A stretch of 64,000 nucleotides of DNA from a virus (Duplodnaviria > Caudoviricetes). Position 1 is the first letter of the stretch. Every line of letters starts with the position of its first letter. Positions 53,787-63,213 of the stretch are shown piece by piece. The stretch is taken from IMG/VR virus record IMGVR_UViG_3300048998_000149, positions 1 to 64,000 of that record; one strand, written 5' to 3'. The position numbers were made by a program, and so were the translations under genes. The notes beneath the pieces are model-generated. The model did not search any database. It saw only the letters and a list, made by a program, of their open reading frames with translations, and had not been told where the DNA came from.

Positions 53787-55520
53787 ATGGACCTGACCAC
53801 CGCATTCTCCGAGATCGTCAAGACCGCGCCCCAGGAAGACGGTTCCCTGCTGGTCTACGGCAAGGCAACTGGCTCCGATCTAGACATGGACGAGCAGCGT
53901 TGCGACCCGGCGTGGTTGAGCACGGCTATGCCTGAGTGGTTCCGCACCGCGGGGAATGTCAGAGAACAGCACGATGCGAAGCGTGCCGTGGGTAAGGCCA
54001 TCGAGCACGAGACCATCGAAGACGGTTCCCACATGATTCGGGCGCGGGTCGTTGATCCCGTAGCGAAGGCGAAGGTCGAAGCCGGCATCCTCACGGGGTT
54101 CTCAATCGGCATCAAATCCCCCCGAATTGCCAAGAGCGCCGACGCGAAGAACGGTCTGATCGTCGGCGGCCAGATCGTCGAAATTAGCCTCGTCGACCGC
54201 CCCTGCCTCCCGACCGCGACCCTCACCATGTGCAAGGCCGCCGCCGCAGGCTGGGAAGGCTCCCCCGCCGACCTGGACGAAGACCTCGGCCTGGTCAAGT
54301 GCGAAGAGCTGAGCATCGAGAAGGCCGCTGACGTTGTCGAAGACGCCGCGCCCGTTGAGGACGCCGACAAGGCCGCTGACGCTGACGACAAGCCCGAAGA
54401 GGCTGTCGAGGTCGTCGAGGTCGAGAAGTCGGCCGAGACTGAGGCGCCGACCGACGTCGAAGGGGTAACGCCGGCCGACGTCGAGAAGGCTAGCGACCCC
54501 GACATCTCGGAGCCAAAGTTCGACCGTGAGGCCGCGAAGGCACTGGTCGCCGACACCCTCGCCAAGGCCGTCGACGACGGGCTGGGTCAGGACGAGTCCG
54601 GTGACATCGGCGGCGCCGAACAGGCCATCGCCATCATCGCCCAGTTGGTCATCTCCGAGGCGCAGGATCTCGCCAAGATGCCCGCCCAAGGCTGCGACAT
54701 CCACCTTTTGATGAGCGCCGTGGACGCGCTGCGGTGCTTCTCCCGCCGCGAGCAGGCCGAACAGTCCGGCGTCGACCCCGACCAGGCGATCTACCTGGGC
54801 GCCGACGCGGACGCCACAAAGGCCGAGGTCACAAAGGCCAAGTACTCCGCCGAAGAGCTGCGCCAGATGCTCAAGGACGGCCACGCCATGAAGGGCCCCG
54901 ACGGCGAGCCGGACTACCCCATCGGCGACGAAGAGGATCTCAAGAACGCCATCCACGCTGTGGGGCGCGGCAAGGGCGATCACGCCGACATTCGGGCGTA
55001 CATCGTGCGGCGCGCCAAGATGATGGGCAAAATCAGCGAGGTCCCCAGCTACTGGACCGAAGCCGGACTTTCCTTCGCGGCCGACGCCGACATGGCCAAA
55101 ACCGCCGAGCCCGATGCTGTCGAGGCCGACACCACCAAGACTGCGGAGCCGGAAGCCGTCAAGGCCACCGACGTTTCCGCTGATCCAGACGCCCTCGTCA
55201 AGGCCCTCACCGCGGCTTTGGAGAAGGCAGACAACCCGCTACGCAAGCTTTTTGTGGGCATCGTTGAGGCATCGACAGAGGCCACCGCAAAGTCGCTCGG
55301 GGAACTGGGCGAGCGGTTGGTGAAGGTCGAGGGCATGGCGACCCCCGGAGGCCCGGCGCTGCGGCGCACCGAGATTGAACGAGTCAGTGCCCGCAAGAAC
55401 GACCTGGTCATGCAGCACGCCCGCTACAAGGCGCTGGCAATGCACGCCACTGACCCGATCGACGCCAAGGGATACGGCACTAAGGCCGCCCAGCTTGAGG
55501 CCGAAATCAAGGCCCTGTAA
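53787..55520 (+). CDS. prohead protease fused to scaffold-like acidic region
   Basis: VREQH, GFSIG, EISLVDRP; acidic linker; internal YPI....DL.NAI...GR domain. Confidence 0.85.
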   Translation: MDLTTAFSEIVKTAPQEDGSLLVYGKATGSDLDMDEQRCDPAWLSTAMPEWFRTAGNVREQHDAKRAVGKAIEHETIEDGSHMIRARVVDPVAKAKVEAGILTGFSIGIKSPRIAKSADAKNGLIVGGQIVEISLVDRPCLPTATLTMCKAAAAGWEGSPADLDEDLGLVKCEELSIEKAADVVEDAAPVEDADKAADADDKPEEAVEVVEVEKSAETEAPTDVEGVTPADVEKASDPDISEPKFDREAAKALVADTLAKAVDDGLGQDESGDIGGAEQAIAIIAQLVISEAQDLAKMPAQGCDIHLLMSAVDALRCFSRREQAEQSGVDPDQAIYLGADADATKAEVTKAKYSAEELRQMLKDGHAMKGPDGEPDYPIGDEEDLKNAIHAVGRGKGDHADIRAYIVRRAKMMGKISEVPSYWTEAGLSFAADADMAKTAEPDAVEADTTKTAEPEAVKATDVSADPDALVKALTAALEKADNPLRKLFVGIVEASTEATAKSLGELGERLVKVEGMATPGGPALRRTEIERVSARKNDLVMQHARYKALAMHATDPIDAKGYGTKAAQLEAEIKAL

Positions 55521-55592
55521 CACGCGCCCCGATCCACACACCCAACCCCCGAGCCGCATGTGCGCCGGGGGTTCTTCTGTGAAGAGGACACA

Positions 55593-57281
55593 ATGCCCCA
55601 GCCCCGTACCGCCGATCTGTTCGGCGATGCCGCAAGCCCAGTCGAGATGGTCGAGCGTTTCGAAGAGTACAAGGAAGCTCTCAACAAGTCCGCCCGTAAC
55701 CCAGTGGCGCCAGCCGGCGGCGGCCAAGCCGCCCCGGAAAGTGAGTCTGCGCAGCTCCAGAAGGCACTTGGGTCGGACCTGCTCTCCAAGGCTCTGTCCC
55801 CAGAGCTGCTGGCGTCTGTCCGCGAGTCCCTCGCCCAGACCGACCTGGGCAAGGACCTGCTCGTGGCTGGCCCCGGCTCTACCGGCGGCCTGGTCGCGTA
55901 CGACCTTGAGGCCCCGGCGAAGCTGCTGGCCCCGCGTCCCACGCCGCTGCGTAACCGCATTGCGCGGCGACGCGGCGTGGGCACGGCCCACCAGTTCAAG
56001 CGGATCACCGGCTTCAGTGGTTCGGGCACCGGCGGCGTTGCCACTCCGCGTCCGGGCATCACTGAGACTGGCCAGACCACCTGGGGTGGCCAGACCCTGC
56101 GTCGGCCCCCGGCCATCAGCTACTCCGGTGACCAGTCCTCGGTTCCGTACCTCGAGTTCGGTGCGTCGGACTCCGTGTCGTGGCGTGCCCAGTTCGCCGG
56201 CCAGGGCTACCAGGACATCCGCCAGCTGTCCCAGAGCAGCGTGCTGTACTCCAGCATGCTGCAGGAGGAGCGTCTCCTCCTCGGTGGACGCGGCACTGTC
56301 GGCAGCTTCTCCGGTGCGCTGGCCGCGCCGACCGCGCCGACCAGCACGCCCATCGCGGCTGTCGCTGCGACCGGCTACGCCCCCATCACCGGCTACACCA
56401 CCAACATCTACGTCCGGGTCACCTCGGAGTCGGTGTTTGGCGACTCCGTCCCCTGCGCCGTGGCCACGGTGGTCGCCGCATCGGGCAGCTACATTGCGGT
56501 GACCGGCGTCACGCTGCCCGCGAACGCGACCGGCATGAAGGTCTACGCCGGCACCGGCGCCTCGGACCCCGGTATTGCTGGCAGCTACTACGTGGGCCGC
56601 CAGTCGAGCGGCAGCACCCCGTTCATCATCCAGGGTGCACTGCCGGTCGCCAACGGCAGCCCCGCCACGAATAACATCCCCGCTGCGGACACCTCCGCGT
56701 CGGCGCTGGACTACGACGGCATCCTGACCTACTGCACCAGTGCGCAGTCGGGCTACCTCAAGAACATCAGCGCCGTCACTGGAGCTGGCAGCGTCGTCGG
56801 CGCACTGAGCGCCAACCCCGGCAACGAGTTCAACGTCGCCTTCGCGTCGCTGTACGACAGCGTGAAGGCCTCGCCGGACGAGATCCTGGCCAACGGCAAC
56901 GACCGCAAGCAGCTGTCCGACCTGCTGAAGACCTCGTCTTCGTCCAACTACCGCATCAACCTGACAAACGAAGGCGATGCTCACGGCGCGCAGCTCGGCG
57001 CCATGGTCACCTCGATCCAAAACGAAGTGACCGGCGACATTGTGAACATCACCGTCCACCCGTGGCTGCCCCAGGGCAACATGCCCATCATCAGTTGGAC
57101 CCTGCCACTGCCCGACAGCAACGTCTCCGACGTATTCAGCGTCTACGATGTGCAACCGATTCAAATGATCGAATGGCCGGTCAACCAGCTGTCATACGAT
57201 GTCAGCTCGTACTGGTTCGGCACATTTGTCTGTTACGCACCGGCCTGGTGCGGTGCCATTACTGGCATCACCAAGGTCTGA
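55593..57281 (+). CDS. major capsid protein with inserted beta-rich domain
   Basis: YDLEAPAKLL.P..TPLRN.I.R; V.I.VHPW.PQG; position. Confidence 0.85.
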   Translation: MPQPRTADLFGDAASPVEMVERFEEYKEALNKSARNPVAPAGGGQAAPESESAQLQKALGSDLLSKALSPELLASVRESLAQTDLGKDLLVAGPGSTGGLVAYDLEAPAKLLAPRPTPLRNRIARRRGVGTAHQFKRITGFSGSGTGGVATPRPGITETGQTTWGGQTLRRPPAISYSGDQSSVPYLEFGASDSVSWRAQFAGQGYQDIRQLSQSSVLYSSMLQEERLLLGGRGTVGSFSGALAAPTAPTSTPIAAVAATGYAPITGYTTNIYVRVTSESVFGDSVPCAVATVVAASGSYIAVTGVTLPANATGMKVYAGTGASDPGIAGSYYVGRQSSGSTPFIIQGALPVANGSPATNNIPAADTSASALDYDGILTYCTSAQSGYLKNISAVTGAGSVVGALSANPGNEFNVAFASLYDSVKASPDEILANGNDRKQLSDLLKTSSSSNYRINLTNEGDAHGAQLGAMVTSIQNEVTGDIVNITVHPWLPQGNMPIISWTLPLPDSNVSDVFSVYDVQPIQMIEWPVNQLSYDVSSYWFGTFVCYAPAWCGAITGITKV

Positions 57282-57300
57282 TCGTATTTTTCTGATCGGA

Positions 57301-57335
57301 GGGAGAGCGGGCGTCGAAGTGGCGCCCGCTTTCCC
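57301..57335 (+). terminator. stem-loop after the capsid gene
   Basis: GGGAGAGCGGGCG...CGCCCGCTTTCCC. Confidence 0.6.
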
Positions 57336-57460
57336 TTCGGTTTCTGTCGGGGTTTCTTGATAGAATCACGATAGAAGGGCCCGGCGACGGCGGTAACCGT
57401 CCCGGGCTGTGGCCGACTGACTGGAGTCGACATGTCTGAGACTACCCGCATGCTGGCGGA

Positions 57461-58558
57461 GTGCCAATGTCTGCGCGGCTGAACCCTGACGATGCGGTCG
57501 CCGTGATGCGGGCGTCTGGGGTCGAGCCCCTTGGTCCGTATCCAGGTGCCAGGGCTAAGTGGCCGTGCCGGTGCATATCGTGTGGCCGTTGTGTTGAACC
57601 CCTCTACACGAACGTGCAGAAGGGATGTTTGGGCTGCAAGTGGTGTGGCCGAGAGTTGGGCGCCGCCAAGTACCGCCTGAACTCGGCTGAAGCTGCCGCC
57701 GCCTTGGCGGTGGAGCGCGATCTTGAGCCGCTGGAGCCGTACCCGGGGGCGACGTTCCCCTGGCGCTGCCGCTGTCTGCGGTGCGGCGCGGAGGCTGCTC
57801 CGACTTATCACAGCCTGAAGGTGGCCGGCGGTTGCCGCAATTGCGGGCACGTCGTCAGGGCCGCTAAGCAGCGTGGCCCCGCAGGCGTTGCGGTCGCGGA
57901 TCTGCAGGCCGCGGGGTTTGATCCGCTGGACGAGTTTCCGGGGGTAATGAACCCGTGGCGCTGCCAGTGCCGTTCCTGCGGAAAGACGGTCCTGAAGAGC
58001 CTAAACGACATCAGAAGTGGTGTCACTGGGTGCCGGTGGTGCCTACGTCTCGTCGTCGACCCGGCGGTCGCGGTGAAGGTGATGCAGGATGCGGGGCTGG
58101 AACCTCTGGTCGACTACCCGGGCAGTGGCACTCCGTGGAGTTGCCGCTGTCTCCGCTGCTTGCGGACCGTTAGCCCTCGGTACAGCTCGGTGGCTGGCGC
58201 CCAGGGTGGCTGTCGGTGGTGTGCCAAGTACGGCTTCAAAGCCTCCGAAGAGGCCATCGTCTACCTGATTGAGCATCGTGAGCATGGCGCCGTGAAGGTT
58301 GGCATTGCCGACACCAAGGGCTCGCGCCTGAGGAAACACGGACAGCGCGGCTGGCAGGTACTGGCTGTCGTCCAGGTTCCCGGTGAGCGCGCGATGGCTA
58401 TAGAGAAGAACATCTTGGGCTGGTGGCGCCTTGATCTGTGCCTTCCGCCGTTTCTGAGCAAGACCGAGATGTCGCAGCTTGGTTGGACCGAGACGGTCGA
58501 CGCGGACGCGATCGACGTTCTGGCCACGATCGAACGCATCAGGCTTCTCGCCGCTTAG
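57461..58558 (+). CDS. homing endonuclease-like: four zinc-ribbon repeats + GIY-YIG-like C-terminus
   Basis: EPL..YPG...W.C.C..CG...GC.WC x4; VYLI....VKVGI. Confidence 0.75.
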   Translation: MPMSARLNPDDAVAVMRASGVEPLGPYPGARAKWPCRCISCGRCVEPLYTNVQKGCLGCKWCGRELGAAKYRLNSAEAAAALAVERDLEPLEPYPGATFPWRCRCLRCGAEAAPTYHSLKVAGGCRNCGHVVRAAKQRGPAGVAVADLQAAGFDPLDEFPGVMNPWRCQCRSCGKTVLKSLNDIRSGVTGCRWCLRLVVDPAVAVKVMQDAGLEPLVDYPGSGTPWSCRCLRCLRTVSPRYSSVAGAQGGCRWCAKYGFKASEEAIVYLIEHREHGAVKVGIADTKGSRLRKHGQRGWQVLAVVQVPGERAMAIEKNILGWWRLDLCLPPFLSKTEMSQLGWTETVDADAIDVLATIERIRLLAA

Positions 58559-58634
58559 CGGGCCCATCAAATTCTCACAAGGGGCATCCGGTTCATCGGG
58601 TGCCCTTTCTTCATGCCCATCGAAAGGTTCATCC

Positions 58635-58877
58635 ATGCCTGAGGACGCCGAGTCCCAGCCCGTGAAGCGCGGTCCGGGACGGCCGCGCAAGGTGGCGGCC
58701 CCGAAGGTTGACGTGTCGCCGCCCGATGAGTGGAAGACCAGCGAGCCGGAGCCGGTAGCGAAGTCAGCGGATCCGCGTATCGGCCAGTCATGTCCCTCCA
58801 GCTGGAGCAGCGTCGGCTATGGCGACGGTTCCACCTACCGCTGCGAGAACGGCAAAATTGTGGAAAGGGTCATCTGA
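58635..58877 (+). CDS. small protein with AT-hook-like KRGPGRPRK
   Basis: motif; RBS. Confidence 0.65.
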   Translation: MPEDAESQPVKRGPGRPRKVAAPKVDVSPPDEWKTSEPEPVAKSADPRIGQSCPSSWSSVGYGDGSTYRCENGKIVERVI

Positions 58878-59266
58878 TGGCGCTCACGGCGAGCTACACC
58901 AATCTTGGCGCTACCACAGCCGTTGCGGGGGTTCAGGTCCAAGCAGTCGCGCAAGTTGATGGCCTCGGCAACGTTGCCACCCCCGGCGGCACGACGACTG
59001 CGACGATCGTCGCCGGAACCGGCACGACTGTGCAGGTTGTCAAAGCCTCCGCCGGCCGGCTTTACCGCGTCCTCGTCACGGGGGCAACTTCCACTGCGGC
59101 GCTGACTTTCTACGACAACGCATCCGCCGCAAGCGGCACGGTCATCGGCATCGTCCCCAGTGGCGCCACCACGGGGCAGTCCTTCGACATTCAGATGCCC
59201 GCCAACAACGGCATTACCGCTGGACTGCTCAGCGGCTCCGCATCCGTCACCGTCAGCTACTACTAA
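58877..59266 (+). CDS. virion structural protein (decoration-like)
   Basis: beta-rich; GRL..V.VT....LTFYDNA..ASG. Confidence 0.7.
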   Translation: MALTASYTNLGATTAVAGVQVQAVAQVDGLGNVATPGGTTTATIVAGTGTTVQVVKASAGRLYRVLVTGATSTAALTFYDNASAASGTVIGIVPSGATTGQSFDIQMPANNGITAGLLSGSASVTVSYY

Positions 59267-59278
59267 GAGGGGGACCTG

Positions 59279-59539
59279 ATGCCCAGACTTCTCTCCCCCG
59301 ATGACGCCTGCATCGGGGTTGATGTGCCGACGTACGGCGGCAAGGCCAGCTATAACGGCCGCACGATCGACGTCTCGGACCCTTCGCACGTGAAGGCTCT
59401 GCGGGCTGTCGGTTATGTCCCAGCGGCCGTTGCTGGCGCCCCAATCCGTTCTGGCGGTTACCGCTGCACTGGATGCGGGTTCAACGCCTACTTCCGTACC
59501 TGCTCGAGGTGCGGCGCCACCTGCGAACGCCCCGAATAG
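59279..59539 (+). CDS. small zinc-ribbon protein
   Basis: C..CGF..YF..CSRCG. Confidence 0.7.
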   Translation: MPRLLSPDDACIGVDVPTYGGKASYNGRTIDVSDPSHVKALRAVGYVPAAVAGAPIRSGGYRCTGCGFNAYFRTCSRCGATCERPE

Positions 59540-59549
59540 GAGCAGCACC

Positions 59550-59849
59550 ATGGCCACCTCTGAGTATTTGGCGACTCTAGACATCAAACGGTATTTCTTC
59601 TCAACCTATTCGCAGGCGTCGGTGTCCCTGTTCGCCACCCAGTTCAACGCCGACTGGGCGTCTGTGCTGGGCGGGACGGTGGCGGTGACGGCTACCACTG
59701 CCGCCCCGCTTGTGGCGCTGATCATCATCAACGCCAACCTGGTACTCACCGTGAACCCGGGTGATTTCGTCGGGTTCAACTACGGCAACTGGCAGGTTGT
59801 GCAGGCCTCGAAGATGTCGGGCCTGTCGTTCACCGCCTCGACTGTCTGA
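59550..59849 (+). CDS. hypothetical virion protein
   Basis: RBS; position. Confidence 0.6.
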   Translation: MATSEYLATLDIKRYFFSTYSQASVSLFATQFNADWASVLGGTVAVTATTAAPLVALIIINANLVLTVNPGDFVGFNYGNWQVVQASKMSGLSFTASTV

Positions 59850-59893
59850 CCTGCACGTTTCCGCTTTGAGTTGCCTGTGGAGGGTTGGCCGGT

Positions 59894-60751
59894 ATGCCTA
59901 GCTTGACTACTTCGGTGCCGAGCACTCCGTATTTGACGGTGGCCGAGTTGAAGCGGTCGCCGATTTACACGCAGCTGCAAAAGTTGGTGCCGGGCGGTTC
60001 GACTGCCGATAACGATGCGGAGTTGGGTCGGATCATCATGCGGGTCTCCGCGATGATCAACGGGGAGACCCGCCAGAATTTGGCGGCCTCCGTGGACACC
60101 GAGGCGGATTGGGCGACGTTTTCGGATCGCGGGGAGCTGCGGATTCACACCCGAGGCAATCCGATCATTTCGGTGGTGTCGGTGCTGATCGGTCCGGATC
60201 CGTACAACTTGACTGCGGTCAGCGATTTGACGCATGTCGAGTTGGATCCGTGGCAGATCACCATCCCAGCTTTCGCGCTGGGCGGGTTTGGCGGTTTCGG
60301 TGGCTGCAGGTCGAGGCGACGAGTGTGGGCGCAGTGGACGTACGTCACCGGCTACCCGGTGACGACGTTGGCTTCGGCCGTTTCGGCTGGCGCCACGTCG
60401 CTGACTGTGGCTGACGCTACCGGCGTTGTGGTCGGTCAGACCGTCCTCACGATCGAGGATGGTAAGTGGCTGGAGATGCTTCACCCGACTGCCGTTGCCG
60501 GCAATGTGCTGACTGTGGCGCCGCTGGCGTTCGCCCATCAGGTGGGGGTTGGGGTGTCTGCGCTGCCCGGCGATATCACGGAGGCGGCGCTGCTGCTGAT
60601 TTCGCGGCTGCACGACAGCTGGAGTCTGTCGATGGGTGCTATCACCCACGACGGGACTGGCGCTCGGAAGCCGAAGGGCGGCGCCGGTACTGGCGCCCGG
60701 GCACTGTGTGACGCCGGCGTGATCCTGGCCCCATATAAGCGGGTCTGGTGA
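59894..60751 (+). CDS. head-to-tail adaptor
   Basis: PY.TV.E.K; Y..GYP; LP.DI.EA; L.PY.R. Confidence 0.75.
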   Translation: MPSLTTSVPSTPYLTVAELKRSPIYTQLQKLVPGGSTADNDAELGRIIMRVSAMINGETRQNLAASVDTEADWATFSDRGELRIHTRGNPIISVVSVLIGPDPYNLTAVSDLTHVELDPWQITIPAFALGGFGGFGGCRSRRRVWAQWTYVTGYPVTTLASAVSAGATSLTVADATGVVVGQTVLTIEDGKWLEMLHPTAVAGNVLTVAPLAFAHQVGVGVSALPGDITEAALLLISRLHDSWSLSMGAITHDGTGARKPKGGAGTGARALCDAGVILAPYKRVW

Positions 60752-61152
60752 GCAACTACAACGATGTGCGCACCGCACTGGGTACTGCTATTCAGCGGTA
60801 TCAGCCGGGTTTGAACGTCTACTACTACGTGCCGCAGTCGTTGGTGCCGCCAGCGGCGATTATTAAGCCGCAGTCGCAGAATGTGCGGACGATTGAGTAT
60901 GCGCAGGCGCACGGTGACAGTTCGCTCGCTAAGTGGCATTTCCAGGTTTTGCTGGTTATCGGCCAGTTGGATGAGCAGGCCGCGCAGGAGCAGGCCGGCG
61001 AGTTGATTTCTCCGGGTTCGACGCTGGTGCGGTCGTTGTCCGGTCGGCTGTCTACCGGGTTTTCGCAGGTCACCGAGGGTGGCATCAGCTCGATGATGTT
61101 TGACCAGGGCCTTTACACGTACGCCCAGCTGACGGTGGCCGTTCTCGCATAG
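60748..61152 (+). CDS. tail terminator/completion protein
   Basis: position; P....PPAA. Confidence 0.6.
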   Translation: MSNYNDVRTALGTAIQRYQPGLNVYYYVPQSLVPPAAIIKPQSQNVRTIEYAQAHGDSSLAKWHFQVLLVIGQLDEQAAQEQAGELISPGSTLVRSLSGRLSTGFSQVTEGGISSMMFDQGLYTYAQLTVAVLA

Positions 61153-61249
61153 CCGTTCTCCCCTCTCTGCCCCCGCTATGGGGGCTTTTTGTTTGTCCGT
61201 CCCCCTTCATGGGGGTTTTTTTGTTGCCCCCATTCTAGGAAGGCATGCC

Positions 61250-61459
61250 GTGGCAGGAAAGCAGTACGAGGCCATTCGGGTGTGGAGACGAACCGACCCG
61301 CGAACGGGCGCCGACACCAACTATGTGCCGGGTGACCCGTATACGGCGCCTGTCGAGCCAAACATGGTCAGTCCGGAAGGCCCTGACGGTAAAGGGCCTG
61401 TGATCGCCGAGAAGTCCACCCCCGCCATCTCTGGCGACTCCAGCAGCAAGGAGAAGTGA
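61250..61459 (+). CDS. small hypothetical protein
   Basis: coupled to the major tail gene. Confidence 0.6.
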   Translation: MAGKQYEAIRVWRRTDPRTGADTNYVPGDPYTAPVEPNMVSPEGPDGKGPVIAEKSTPAISGDSSSKEK

Positions 61460-61461
61460 CC

Positions 61462-62241
61462 ATGGCTATTGACCTGAACCCGGTGACCATCGCATACCCG
61501 GGCTACAAGACTCAGTGGGGCATCGAGGGACTGTTGTTCAGCGCTCAGGGTAACGACCTGGAGCACAGCCGTAAGGCCGACAAGGTTGACGGTTCGGGGT
61601 TCGGCACTCGCGTCCGCAACTCGCTGCCGGGCATGCAGGAAGGCTCCTTGAAGATCAAGGGCCTGGCCGCCATGGAAAAGGGCGCGCTGAACTGGCAGAT
61701 CAACCAGTGGTTCGGCCGCAAGTCGGCTGTGAACGCCTGGTTCGCGCTGGAGGGCCTGACCACGGGGTCGCCGATCACCATGCAGCCCTCTTCGATCATT
61801 GACGCGTCGATCACCGCGAAGCTGAAGGACGCCATCGACTTCTCCATGGAGCTGGATGCGCGGGGCGCCTACGACGACGGCTTCATTCTGCTGTCCCCGC
61901 AGAACCTGCTGACCGGCGCGTCCGGCACGGGCCCGCAGGATCTGAACGCCCTCTTCGGGGGTGCCACCACTTCCGGTGCGACCGCGCAGCTGCACGTGTG
62001 GGCGTTTGACGGCGGCACCACCCCAGCGGTGACTGTGACCGTCCAGCACAGCCCAGATGGCACCTCCTGGACCCCGCTGATGACCTTCGCGGCGCAGTCG
62101 ACGGTGGGTTCGCAGCGGATCGTGCTGCCGTCCACCACCTCGGTGAACGCGTTTGTGCAGGCCACTTGGACTGTGTCGGGTGCGCCGACTGACGTGCAGG
62201 TGCTGCTCGGGTTCTCCCGCGGCATCAACCTCAACATCTGA
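61462..62241 (+). CDS. major tail protein
   Basis: D...FG...R..LPG...G.L.I.G; C-terminal V.VQHS.DG..W domain. Confidence 0.8.
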   Translation: MAIDLNPVTIAYPGYKTQWGIEGLLFSAQGNDLEHSRKADKVDGSGFGTRVRNSLPGMQEGSLKIKGLAAMEKGALNWQINQWFGRKSAVNAWFALEGLTTGSPITMQPSSIIDASITAKLKDAIDFSMELDARGAYDDGFILLSPQNLLTGASGTGPQDLNALFGGATTSGATAQLHVWAFDGGTTPAVTVTVQHSPDGTSWTPLMTFAAQSTVGSQRIVLPSTTSVNAFVQATWTVSGAPTDVQVLLGFSRGINLNI

Positions 62242-62251
62242 TCCCACGCCG

Positions 62252-62470
62252 ATGGCCCACGATCCGATATGCGAGTTCTTCACAAGGGTTTCTGGGGCTG
62301 ACGATCTCAAGAAGACGCTCGATCCGGACAAGCTTCTGAAAACGGCTTGCCGGGTGATTAAGCACCCGGATTGTTGCGTGTTGTGTGCGGCCAACAACGA
62401 CTGTGCGCGAATACCACTTCACTACAACTGCCGCTGTAAGCCGGAAGGCTATCTCGAACTCGCGCCGTAG
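62252..62470 (+). CDS. small Cys-rich protein with MuF-like motif
   Basis: C..C...PLHYNCRC. Confidence 0.6.
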   Translation: MAHDPICEFFTRVSGADDLKKTLDPDKLLKTACRVIKHPDCCVLCAANNDCARIPLHYNCRCKPEGYLELAP

Positions 62471-62521
62471 GCGTGTTTCGACGAGCGCAGATTCCCCACA
62501 ATCTAGGAGGAGCAATTCCCC

Positions 62522-62965
62522 ATGTCCGACGCCGACGATGACCTGGACTTTGAGCTTGTCACGAGCGCCAAGCAGCTGGCCGCTGCCCCCCCGTTGCGTC
62601 ACGAGAAGGTGACCGTAGCGGACTGGAAGACCACCTCCGGTAAAGCGGCCAGGTTCCTGGTGTGGGAGCTGACCGCCGCAGTCTATGCCGAGTTCTTGGA
62701 GTCGGGTCGGATCTACAAGGACGGGGCGCTCAAGCGCTACGACGTGAAGGACGAGGATGTCCGCCTCCTGGCGTTCACCGTGTGCGACCAGCACGGGAAC
62801 CGCCTGTGGAGCACCGTCGAGGCAGCTAAAACCCAGCTTGGGGGTCTGGGTAAGGCCAGTTTGAACCTGCTGTTGAACGCGGCCAACGAGGTTAACAGCG
62901 CGAAGCCCACGGACACTGAGGGAAACTCCGGCGGGACCCCGAGCGACTCTTCGCCTACGACCTAG
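62522..62965 (+). CDS. tail assembly chaperone (G)
   Basis: between major tail and tape measure; slippery site near the 3' end. Confidence 0.85.
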   Translation: MSDADDDLDFELVTSAKQLAAAPPLRHEKVTVADWKTTSGKAARFLVWELTAAVYAEFLESGRIYKDGALKRYDVKDEDVRLLAFTVCDQHGNRLWSTVEAAKTQLGGLGKASLNLLLNAANEVNSAKPTDTEGNSGGTPSDSSPTT

Positions 62966-63198
62966 CCTTCGAGCTGGGTTTTCCATCCCCTGACCATCTG
63001 ATGACTGTCATTTCTAGGCCTCAGTTGTTGGGTTGGATGGTTTGGGCGGCGATTCGGGGTCCGATCGGGGGTCCGCGTCGGGACTTCTATGCGTCGTTTT
63101 TGGCGATGCATGCGGGTAAGCCGCATGACACCGAGGTTTCGCAGTCGGATTTCATGCCGCCGTGGGTGAAGTCCGAGGAAGACGACGACGAGGACTGA
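62522..63198 (+). CDS. tail assembly chaperone GT, -1 frameshift at G GGA AAC (62920-62926)
   Basis: X XXY YYZ heptamer in frame; -1 frame open to 63198 (KLRRDPERLFAYDLAFELG...). Confidence 0.85.
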
Positions 63199-63213
63199 GA
63201 GCGGAGCGCGGTC

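Noticed and set aside
55239-57164. Long antisense ORFs (also 6213-7769, 49637-51109, 51730-53139)
   Set aside because: Shadow frames of real genes in high-GC DNA; Arg/Gly-rich with no motifs.
57520-58225. Regularly spaced repeats
   Set aside because: Protein-level zinc-ribbon repeats of one ORF; no repeat-spacer array.
52050-62030. CCACCCC copies within structural genes
   Set aside because: Explained by Thr-Pro codons (ACC CCN); not counted in the hairpin-loop family.
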